A stretch of DNA of 64,000 nucleotides from Rhizodiscina lignyota (Eukaryota), in contig ML978126.1 of the NCBI GenBank assembly GCA_010015805.1, positions 682,001 through 746,000 on the forward strand, in the 5' to 3' direction. The notes beneath the pieces are model-generated. The model was not told the origin of the DNA. It saw only the letters and a program-made list of their open reading frames with translations, and did no database searches. How positions within the stretch are numbered: position 1 is the stretch's first letter; each line of letters begins with the position of its first letter. Position numbers and translations under genes: made by a program. Positions 12,584 through 23,216 of this stretch are shown piece by piece.

Positions 12584-12718
12584 TGAACACGCCAGGGGTC
12601 GAACCTGGAATCTCCTGATTATCGGAATCGTAGTCAGGCGCCTTGCCATCTATTAAATTGTTAGTCAAACTCTTATTGGTCGTGTAGGGTATGGAGAGAC
12701 AAACTGGGCCACGTGTCC
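12584..12718 (-). tRNA. tRNA-Arg(ACG) with two introns: canonical 8-nt intron (12620-12627) and a 55-nt spliceosomal-type intron in the D-loop (12650-12704)
   Basis: Spliced sequence GGACACG TG GCC CAATGGCAA GGC G CCTGA CTACGAA TCAGG AGATT CCAGG TTCGACC CCTGG CGTGTTC A is 72 nt with all four stems pairing. Anticodon ACG at 12631-12629, B box GGTTCGACCC, T8 terminator. Closely resembles fungal tRNA-Arg(ICG). Confidence 0.9.
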
Positions 12719-14399
12719 GAAAATCTGTGGTTCGGAAACATAATTTTTGAATATAATAGCACGTCATCAAATTGCGTAATGCAGACAAATCCCCGCTCCG
12801 CCCCATCCCGAGCAGTGTCTCAGCACCTCCGCGAGAAACTCCGACGTCAAAATGCTATGTTTCTTAGCCTTTCATACTTTATGTTATGCGTATGCATATA
12901 TCGTTTCAAGCTTTCTTTATCTCGGCCAGCCAGTCCGACTAGCTTTATGAACATATTACCATGCTCGAAATGGCGCTTAATCCTAAGTGCTAGCAGATGT
13001 GCCTGATGATAAGCCTACTGGCTCGTAACACTATTCTTCGCACCGCTATAATTAAGACTAAACGTGCCGCAGAGCTTTTGCCAAAGACCTTCAGGCCCAT
13101 CCGCTACCCGAAGCGAGAGCTTTGCGTGAAAGCCATGATATAAATCATATATCCTTCGTCATGCCAGGTAGTACTATCTCCGAAGGTTCATATGTCTATG
13201 CTCCGGACTAGATTCGAACAATAAACACTTAGGCGGTGAGTATATTCCATTACTGTAGAAGATCCTTAGCACGCGACCAGCGCGGTCTTGCTAAGGTTCG
13301 GTAGGGCGCTGACGAACCCGAAGAATAAGTGAGGAATGCCAAAAGCTAGGTCGTATGTGCCTAATATCGAGGACATAGAGATAGCTAAGGATCTCTCAGC
13401 CCACGTACCGAAAAGCAATACAATCTATACCTACGATTATCAAGGACTCAGCGATGTTGATATGACGGCACTCCGTTTAGAGCATACGGGCCGAATGCGC
13501 GGTCAGCTCAGGACGATGTTCAATCACATGAATTTGACGCAATTCGATACCGATAGTCATGGGAACAGCTTAACGACTTGCTCGATGAATAACTATGCGC
13601 TTACAAAAAGACGGGAAATACATTACTATTGAGTGCAAGTTGTGGAGAATTTTAACTGATATATCAGACCGTCTTATTATCGACGACATACGATTCAGTC
13701 ATGGCATCATTGACAAGCTCCACATTGCCCTGAAAGATCGTACAGATGAGGTTGCCGTCTCTTGCTCTCTAAGCTCGACCATATCGTGGACGAGCGCAAG
13801 AATATCCGCCGTAACTTATGGTCGCGAGTCTGGCTCCAGTGCCGTGGCTTTTCCAAATAAGGGGGATGGGGTCGGGGGCAAAGTCAAGCGAATTTGCAAG
13901 CCTTTTGCAGCAGAATTGGCATTTTGAGGGCTGAGAGACTGCTTATGGAAACTGAAGAAACTCAAGACATAAAGAGCTACACTCGGTAGTCAAGGCTATA
14001 GATAAACTAGGTCTGGCTAAGAGAGTGCATCACCTCTGCAGAACCCTCACATACGGGCCGTCAAGGCTGCTGCACTTCGTGCGACGCTATACTTAAAGCG
14101 GGGCAGAGGACATTTTGTATAATAATAAGTTAAACTTGAGGTTAAGTTGAGATGAGGCGCCAGAGGAGGCACGTACACCTCATCTTCACAGTACTATACT
14201 ACTATATATATACTCCTTCCCTTCGAGCAAGAACTATCTTTCTTATAATAATCTAATCTCTTCAACTTAATTATAATTCTTTCCTTCTTCTGTCTTCTAT
14301 TTCTATAAGAGCACTATCATCATATACCGTCAGCACATCCACATCAGTCACACCGGGAGTCAACTCAAGTCACTCGGTACCAACGAAGGTGTGGTAACT

Positions 14400-15847
14400 T
14401 ATGGCGCAACTATATGAAGGAGTTCAGGCAGGAACTCCTTAGGCAACACTGGGCTTCCGTCAAGCAAGGCAAGCAGAAGTCTACCACGAGTTGATATGAA
14501 GGAGTTGGTTTCCAGTGAGCGAATGAGAGCTGCAACGGTATCTCTGTTCCGTGCTATCAAGAGGCACATCTTCTAAGGCAGGCTGGGTAAGCTACTACTT
14601 CATCAATGCGAGGAAGTTCCTTAGAAGTGCCGGGGCCAACTCTGACGGCGTCGCTCTATAGACTGCGCACTCGCTGGAAACCAGCTCCTCCGTAACGGCA
14701 CTCCGCCTTAAGCATACTCGTCTGACGCGCGATCAACTCCGGCGATGTCAAATCAAGTCTGTTCATACTATACAATTGAAGGTAGGACAGAAACAACACT
14801 ATGTAAATTGGAAGGTCCACATTTGCGGCGTGCAACCCGGGTCCTTTACAGTGGCTCCTGGGTACGCGAAGGGTGACTCTCTTGGTGAACCTGGTTGCTA
14901 CCGAGAGCAGGATGAGACATTGAGGTGGGAAGACGTTGAGTTCGTCCGAAATCCCACGGGCATCGGTGTGGATATCAAGTAGGTCTTCAGAATTTCCAAC
15001 AGACTGAACACTAATCATTCCTTTAGGTTCCGCTTAATGAAAGGCCACCGCAATCCGTACGCACGGAACCATCGCGATGGGACGAAGCAGTTCCGCTTGC
15101 CGCCGTCAAAATCGTTGTATGAATTCGACTTTTCCTTTGTCTTCTTCGCAATTGCTTTTGAACGAGGCCTCTTCGGCTCGGATCTACAAACGCTCTATTC
15201 AGGGGATGGGCTCTTCCTGCGAAAGAATGTAGAAGTAAACCACCAGGCGATCTTTCTCACGCCTGGGGCCAACGAGAAGCTGGATTCCAACGTCCCGATG
15301 CTTAGCTCTGCAGTTAATGCCAAGCTAGGGCAAATGTGTGAGTTGGTTGGGATAATGGGTCGCAACACGATCTATTCTTTCCGCCGCACCGCGATAGTAG
15401 AGCCCAGGCGCTTCCACGGTACAGAGTTGGCGAAGCAAGTCACCGGTAACTCTGCTCAGAGTCACAGAATTGGCGACTACGACCATTAGGTAAATAATAC
15501 AACTTTCTAAGTAGTTTCACCCTGTTCACACGAACCGGCCTACCGTGGACGTCGACATTTCCGCGGCCCGTCTCCAGACTCCAGGCATGCCCCACGCGGC
15601 GATGAGAAAGATCTTCGCACAAGCCAATACCAGAGTGCAGCCCAACGATGGTTCTAGAGTGCTGGACTTTCTGAGGTCAAGAGCAAAGCAGAGGATGGAG
15701 TCTGAGTTTGAAAGCAGCGAAAGGCCTACGATGCTCGAGGGCGCGAAATACGTGGCAAACGCCCCCGCAACACTTTCCAAGCTTCACCCGAAGTATAAGG
15801 AACTTCAGTGCACAGAATGCAATGAGGAACTCGAGACTAAGGCTTAG
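14400..15847 (+). pseudogene. Degenerate tyrosine recombinase, DUF3435/Starship captain-like
   Basis: Fragments: GVQPGSF (RPGS motif, R>Q), ETLRWEDVEF, intron 14979-15026, KFRLMKGHR, IYSFRR, VTGNS (GH>GN), DYDH. In-frame stops and a broken 5' part. Start coordinate approximate. Confidence 0.65.
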
Positions 15848-16506
15848 CTGAAAAGCCCAAGACTTCCAAGTTCGCCCACGACACACGAATAGATTCCGTT
15901 GATATTTACATTAAGGCTCACCAAATACCTGAGGTTTAGTCTTTAAGGCTTCTAAGCTGATTGAATTGATACTCTACGTATGAGCAAGATTTAGCGTTTG
16001 ACAATGGGAGACAATGGCAATTACGTATGTGACTTACTTCGCGAGAGTCTCACCGACAACCTTGTCTAGGAGTAATCATAATTCTTTAAGTCTGTGTACA
16101 TAGTACGAGTGGATCCCATGATTAAGCATATTAGTCCTCGCCAAATATGGAAGAATTAGGGTTTGAAGCTTCTAACTGTGGCAAATTGATGCTCGATTTT
16201 ACGGCAGCGTATCATCCTCATTCTCAGACTGCTGCCACTGCCATACTGCATTCTAAGAAATGTCCACGCAAAAATGATCATGTTGAATAGCAAGCTCATG
16301 CCATCGCACGTTGACTAGTGATCCAAAGAAGAAAAATTGTGAACTCCTTTTGTTGTATGCATACTCCGTACCTAAAGTGCATTTCAACCCAAGACATCCC
16401 AAAAAGCAGCACTCTCGCTCCCACGCCGGCGAGCCTAACCAGGCATCAGCATTTCAAATCCCACCACACCCCTCTTCAGCACTATGAATCATGAATTACA
16501 CTCCTC

Positions 16507-17721
16507 TTAGCTGCCTTCCGGTGCAGTCGTCTCCTTTTCGCTGTCTTCCAGTACAGGCGTCTCCTCTTCAGCGTCTCTGGGTGCAGGCGTTGTTGTCAAG
16601 TTGAGGGAGCTTGGGACATCTGTGAATGTGATTTCGCCGAGAAGGTATTTCTTCAGACGAGTAAGCATAACAACCTCACCCGAAAATATGATCTAAATAA
16701 GAGCCATCAGTAAGTAAGGACTAGAGAATATAGGAGGACACGGCGTACCTGCGCCTTCCAATTGGACATGAAGTCCATCGCAGCCTCTTTGTCCAAAGGT
16801 CTTCCAAAGAGATCGTCGATATCCATTAGGCCGCAATGCTTTTGCCGATCTCTTATGATTGCGATGGCCATATCGATGTTGCCTATCGTGGTTTCTGAAT
16901 CAGAAGGCATAAGCTCCTTGAACTTGATCCATTCAGTAATGGTAGCCATTTCAGGGTTGAGAAACGAGAACGCGCCCATGGTTATTGGTAGCCTGTTTTT
17001 CACAGACTCTCTTTTGATGCGAACAAGGTGTACGAGCACTCGGCGTCCGGGGACAGGGCCATATGACATTCCCAACTCTTGGAGGACTGAATCAACAGCC
17101 GTGTACCAAGTCCACTCTGGATAGTGGAGGTTGAGCTCATGTGCATCCAGATAATCAAACCACTTGGATGTGGTGTTGATATCTGGGGACTCTATTTTTC
17201 GTAAGTCTCGCTTAGGGTCCCATCCGTAGTCCAAGAGTCCATCTAGAAGATTGGCGCGCCTCAGGTCGGCCTTGAGGTTTCCACGGCGAGTCCGTCCTGG
17301 GTACTTGCTGATGATGTGATTCATCATTTCTACGATAGTGTCATACCGGAATTGGAGCACGGTAAGATGCTGTTGTAGGAGTGATCGTGCCTCCTTGATT
17401 AATGGCAATTCTGCGTGTGTATTAGCAAGATTGTAAGCGAATTGGCTTTGTTTGCTTACCTTCTGCTTGTACTGCCTTCTCCGATATACTGGAACCGTCA
17501 TCACTCATATCTGCATCATCTCCATCTATGTCACTATTACTGGTGCACTTCATGATATCGTCTTCGTCGTCGTCCTTTCTTCCCACGGCCATTTCCCCAC
17601 CGGGGACGAATCGCGTTTCGTCGAGCACCTTGGCAGGAAGACCAGCTTCAAGGTTGGAGAGAAGCTGATTTTGGTCTAACTTCTCATGGTACGATGTGCT
17701 TTCACTTAGGGTCGCAGCCAT
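16507..17721 (-). CDS. Hypothetical (orphan) protein, 3 exons, ~370 aa
   Basis: Introns 17411-17459 (GTAAGC..GCTAAT..CAG) and 16693-16748 (GTACGC..ACTGAT..TAG) join the ORFs 17422-17721 and 16707-17504 and a last exon ending in TAA at 16507 into one open frame. Acidic N- and C-terminal regions. Confidence 0.7.
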
Positions 17722-19420
17722 CGTGGCGAGAATTGTGCGGTGTTGTTGGAAAGAAATAGCTTTGTGTAGTCTTTTTTTGTGCCTGGTAGCAAAACGTGAA
17801 TTCGTCGACTAACAGTCAAAGGAGGTATTTCAGAATTCCCCGGGTTGTGCTATGTGTGGTAGCAGGTGATGGTCTTGTTTCCAGGGTGTTATTATGGCTG
17901 AAAGTTCGTGGATTGCAAAATGAGGTTGACTAAATAATTGTTAGTGAGTTGGAACAGCGCTATTCGTGACGTGATACGAAAACTTGCCCAATATCAAGTC
18001 CTGTTGAACGCAGCAATGCGCTTCCGAAATGTCGATCAGAATCATCTCAGTTTTGTGCTCGGTAGTTGCAAATTGGTCATCAGATTGTTGATTGTTGATT
18101 GGTGATCGACGTATTTGCAACCATAAAGGTAGTGTGCCTCAGCTATTTGGGTTGTATCAGATCATCAATTGATCGACCAATTGTCAATCCTAGTTGACGG
18201 TGTTATCGTGGCTCCTAAAAATTAGCATTATATAAGTACTAAAAGCGGTGTTTAGGCTGGTCGCGAATCTGAACTGGTCGACTAACTTGTGCTGTGTGAT
18301 CCACCCGTGCAATGCCGGCCGCCGGAGGATGCTCAAAGGTGGAGTTGGTAGACGAATTGTTGGATTCTCTGGTTGTGTAAAGTGGGAAGAATCGCTTGTG
18401 GGGTTAATGTTATATAAAGATTCGAGTGTCCCGCCCGACAGTGAAGCAAACACTCCTCTAGCTATGATAAATTCCTTGTTATACTACATGATATGGAGGC
18501 AAAGTTCAGCAAATGTTGTAAGATATTGTGGATCCTCTCAGAGATTCATCTGTGGATGGCGTTTCCTGAAAAGCCTGTCTCGGCGTTGATAATGGCTTTC
18601 GAATGCAGGCTAAGGGCTCGTAAGGTCCATCCTTCTTCATGACATGCCTCAGTGCTCGGGTGACTTGTGATTAATAGTCGTAGAAAGTGCTCCTTAAGTA
18701 CCGATCGAGGTCGGCCACGTCCCATGTACGGTCCTTTTCGACCTGTGTGGTGCAGCCGCCTTGAGCCCCTAACCTCATCTGCGCTGAGGCGGAATTCCAT
18801 CGCAGCATATGCAACTCGAGGCTTTCCACTCACGAGGCGAGAAAGGGCGCGGTAAAACTATGCCTTGCTCCTCAATAGAAACTAGAGCATCGCTGGAGGT
18901 TTAATGATCTATACTTTGGACTGTGGCTGTCAATCTTGTACACCTTCAGTGAACTTAGGCAATCTTAATTGAAGAGGCTATACGTACTAGCAGTCCGGAA
19001 TGTCGAAGTTGACCCTTGAATGCCGGATGTGCTAACATTAGTGCCAAAGCCTGTGGCGATTGCCAACGCCTTGCTCGCCGGCTAAGAGGGTGCCCTTTGC
19101 CACCGTTGATTGCTCTCTTTGGATGATTTGGGCAAGGCCTTCCTCTTGGTACCAAAGTAATGGCACAGGTTTGGTGAGTTTTATAGAAAGTATGATTCTA
19201 TTTTTAACATGGTCCTTGATCAGTACTGGCGCCTCCAACAGCCTTCGGAGGTTCAACTTGAGGTTTTCGACTCGAATTGCGGTCAATTCTCGACCATTCC
19301 ACATTCAGATTGGTAGTCTGTTGCGTTTCACTTATAAGAGAGGTGTAAGGTTTAACTAGCTTACTGGTCCCTGTGCATAAAATCACTCTGATTCGTAGAA
19401 CTCGTTGACTAATTCCGCTT

Positions 19421-19755
19421 CTCGACTCCCGATGCGAGGCTATGGCCGGCGTATATGGTAGCTTCATCGAAACCTACGAATGAATCCCCTACTCCTTAGC
19501 AACTTCTTTTGAATTAGTCAACCGATCCCACATCTCGACTCATGCGAGGCTGCAGCTGGCGCATATGATCACATTCATCGAACCCCACGAATGAATCTCC
19601 TTACTCCTTAGCAACGTCTCTTGAATTGGCCAACCAATTCGGTATCTCGACTCATGCGAGGCTGCAACCAGCTCCCCTATTTAAACCACACTCATCGATT
19701 CCTACGAAGCACTTCTACTCCTTTGCTGAATCTTTAAATCGGCCAGCCAATTCAA
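19421..19755. repeat. Three-copy ~113-bp tandem repeat
   Basis: ctcgactc..atgcgaggct...tcatcga..cc.acgaa...tactcctt.gc units begin at 19421, 19534 and 19646; the third copy is more diverged. Confidence 0.85.
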
Positions 19756-19949
19756 CGCATACGAAGCAGGTATCTGAGTCATCCGATCAAATCTCCTCCT
19801 TCATACCACAGCCAGAGACCCGTTGATCATTCTCTACAATTTCACAACTCCAACGTACAATCAATTGCCTAACCAGCTTTGGCCGCATTGGTCTACATCG
19901 ACTGCTCGACATCTACCCGTCTTCCAACTCGACGAGTACTTTTCGTTGT

Positions 19950-20411
19950 ATGTTCCAAGACAGCGTGGCGAAGTTGAATAAACAGCGAAAGCGGAAGATG
20001 CAAGATCCAGAAGCTGAGTATTCGGCCAGCGGGGAGGATATCGAAAGACTTAGCAAGGTGGCCAGACTTGCAAAGGAGCAGCTTGATACTTCTGTACAGC
20101 TGGCGAATGAGCAGTCGAACGAATTGAGAACGGAGATAGAAAATCTTGAGCGCACGGTAGAGGAGAAAGACGCGGCTGTGATCGAGAAGACAAAGGAGGT
20201 GGAACAACTCAAGGAGAAAGTGAAACTTACAGAGAATGACCGAGATGAGTGTCTTCAAGAGAATAATAGGTACCGGGAGGACCATCAGCGCTTGCGCACG
20301 CTCGTGTGCGCAATACGCGACCGCAGAGTCAGCACGGCCGTCGATGTCGGGGGCTTCTATGACTTGGTGTGTGGTATGATGAGTAAAGATGAGATCGCTG
20401 CTCTCCTTTAG
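19950..20411 (+). CDS. Hypothetical coiled-coil protein
   Basis: 153-aa ORF with a basic KQRKRK stretch and an E/K-rich heptad region. Start uncertain. Confidence 0.5.
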   Translation: MFQDSVAKLNKQRKRKMQDPEAEYSASGEDIERLSKVARLAKEQLDTSVQLANEQSNELRTEIENLERTVEEKDAAVIEKTKEVEQLKEKVKLTENDRDECLQENNRYREDHQRLRTLVCAIRDRRVSTAVDVGGFYDLVCGMMSKDEIAALL

Positions 20412-21284
20412 CTCCTAATTGTACTAGCGGGGTATCGGGAAACAAGCTCATCAGCGTTGAAAATCGGATTGTTTTGAGAGGGGTTGATGAAGAAAGGTAC
20501 TTCACTGGGCATTTTGGCTCTTTCATTTTCAGCGTAAAAGCTTCTTACAGCGTTAAAAGATAACTTATTATGCGGCCCTGTATCAAGAGCTGGATAATCA
20601 CGGCTGGTGGATGGCGTTTGACTTGTTCGGGGGCATTACTGATTTTAATACAGAGGACCACGCTTTGTGCATTTCATTCCAGAGATATGAAAGCACTACG
20701 GAGCAACGATCTCCACAATCTCTTCAAATTCAAGTGGTATTGGTTGAACTTGCACTGATCTGGACTCTTTCGCGGTCGGCTATTGCAACGGAACTCCTGC
20801 GCTGAAGGTATTGTTTCATTTTGAAATATAGAACAGGACAAGGGGCAAATAGTTTAGCCGTACGATCATTAAATACGTACCAGTGTAGTGGTGCTCTTAC
20901 TGAAATAAATGCGATTCACGATACTGCGTTCGCAAACAGTATATCCTCTCTGTACTCGTACAGGAGTGTTTTGGTGTGAGAGAAGATTCACGTCAATAAT
21001 GCGTTAGACTACGGACGGGAGTAGTGAGGGCAACATGAATTCTCGTATTGCCTTGCTATCGTATATCCGTCTACGAGTCAGTGTAGCCACAGTACGGAGT
21101 AGACTATCGGATATTTCTCCCGAGTCCCTGAAGTTATCTAGCCAGATAGAAAAAGCGCATTGCATAATAGGGTATATTCTCGGCCGACAATGTGCCCCTC
21201 AAATCATGAATGAAACCCACACTCCATGTGCACGAACTCTCGTTGCTTTCTCACCAGCCACACAACAGCATCGAGGATGGCTCC

Positions 21285-22056
21285 CTACGATCGGCGTAAA
21301 CGTCTTTTGGGTCGCACAGGAATGTCATCGTCATCGTCGGAAGGAATTATCTGAGTCCTTCGCCTTTTTCCTGCACCATCGGGCGACTTGGGGGCGCTGT
21401 CGGAGGCTACACGGACTGTGGCTCTTTTGTCATTCTGCGCATTCTCGACGACCTTCTTCCTCCCCTTTTCGTTCCTTTTTCTTTTCTTCGTCGGCTCCGC
21501 GACGTCATTTGGCTCGAGCTTCTCACCAACGCAAACAGTTGCGATGAGACCATCACACTCTCTGTGCCACTGTGTTGCAATAGCATTGAAAGTATGTAGA
21601 AATCTCTTAGCCCACCAAGAGATATCATCCTTCAGATTCCAAAGGACGTTGGGACGGACTTTATCGCCAATATCCCCCTCGCGCCCTTCAGTGTAAGTGG
21701 AGATAAAGAGCTTCGTGTTTGAGAGGATGGTGTCAGCACTCCATATATCCTCAGTGCGCATGGATTCAGCTCCTGTCCTGTGTAAGTGAAGTGTTGGCCT
21801 TCATGAGTGAAACAACGGATCGCATACCTTGACGCATCTGCACGAACAGTTCGAATTTGGCGCGCGCATTGTCACGTCGGGTTCTCACTTGGAGAGGCGC
21901 GCCGTCGAAGAATTCCGCACTCTCAGAATACTCCGCATGTTTCTCGAGTTTCGTCGGATCCGCAAACAGTGCCTGGAGGCGTGCCTTTTCCCGACTCGAC
22001 ACTTCCACAACAGGCGGCGCAACTTTGACACGTGCAGCGATGCTCTTGGGCTCCAT
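21285..22056 (-). CDS. Hypothetical protein (~238 aa, 2 exons), possibly related to the N-terminal domain of fungal tyrosine recombinases, with a basic NLS-like tail
   Basis: Intron 21773-21827 (GTATGC..CTTAC..CAG) joins MEPKS...QMRQG to AESMRTEDIW...VRPNVLWNLKDDISWW...KKRKR...PKRRLRRS in frame. Confidence 0.6.
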
Positions 22057-22088
22057 GCTGGTTGTCGCCCCACAGGATGGTAGAAACA

Positions 22089-22222
22089 GACGATGAGAGA
22101 CAATAGGGCGACGCGTTTACAACACGGTGCGACAGACCTTTGTTGAAGGATTGACGATGAGAGAAAATAGGACGACGCGTTTACAACACAGTACAACAGA
22201 CCTTTGTTGAAAGATTGACGAT
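22089..22222. repeat. 64-bp tandem duplication
   Basis: gacgatgagaga.aatagg.cgacgcgtttacaacac.gt.c.acagacctttgttgaa.gatt at 22089 and 22153; a third unit start (gacgat) at 22217. Confidence 0.85.
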
Positions 22223-23216
22223 TCGGGCGCATTTAAATGCAGGCACCGAGGTGGCAGCGCGACTTCCTCATTTGCGGCTTCCTCGCTTGGAATTGCCGCG
22301 CCGATGTGAGTCGCGTTCTCGCCAAGGCCTCGAGCGCAGCTGACGGTCTGAAGTAGGCATCCTACTTAGGACGACAGCGTGACTTCCTCGCGAGCGACTT
22401 CCTCATGGTCGACTTCCTCATAGGCGACCTCCTCGCATAGGGTTTCCACGCTGGCGTGGGCCTTGCCATGGCCATGAGGACAGCCTGACCATATATAAGA
22501 CGGGTATCCTACTTACCAGAGAGGCCTACCTCTCCTATTCGAAACCTCGCTGCTCTTTACAATCCGTCTACTAATTGTTCGCTTGACCTTTCTATTCACT
22601 GTACGAGATCTTTTGAATGGCATGGAGTCGTCAATCGTCATGGACTCCACGACTTTGAAGGCGTGTCGCAAGCCAGCACTGGTGCAACTCGCGAAGGCTC
22701 TGAAGCTCCGCCGACCCGAAACTAAATGGCCGTTAATTCTGTGCTGCAAGAGATAGGTAAAGCATATGTGGTGCCGCTAGGAAGTACTGCCTCGACCATA
22801 TTAATTAGAACCTCCGTTAATGCTCGGACTACTGCAGAAGAGCAAAGCTCGATGCAAGTACGCCCTTCAATCTTTACTGGAGTTTGTCTCTCACTATCTC
22901 TGCTACAAAGTTAAGTTAAACTCATCGAATCCGTGCAAGGGGGTTAAGCACTCACCAGTATACTGCATTGAGCTTTCAGCAACGCTCTCGATTAAGCCGA
23001 AGAGTGAAACTTGTTCGCGCATCCACGCTCCACACTCCGTCGGGCTAGGTTGTTTGTCACTCTCGAGATGGGCCTCACTGAGATGAACAGCTACAACTGA
23101 AATCATCACATAGCTGAAAGATGGGAGTTTCTTGCCTTTGAACACCGTGTCCGTACATGTCCCTTGCATGCACTTTTCACTACCTTACTCCAACCCAGGG
23201 GTATATGAAATCTATT

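Noticed and set aside
12561..12590. ATGAACAC repeated on both sides of the tRNA terminator (possible att-like duplication of the tRNA 3' end)
   Set aside because: Only 8 bp, 22 bp apart, and on the side away from the island; not distinguishable from chance.
12426..12806. 126-aa minus-strand ORF spanning the tRNA, which could make the 55-nt intron an ordinary mRNA intron
   Set aside because: The peptide is not protein-like, and removing 55 nt would shift its frame. The flanks form a complete tRNA with B box and terminator, so the tRNA explains the sequence better. A non-coding Pol II host transcript cannot be excluded.
19421..19755. CRISPR-like appearance of spaced repeats
   Set aside because: Eukaryotic context, whole units are homologous with no unique spacers, and no cas genes.
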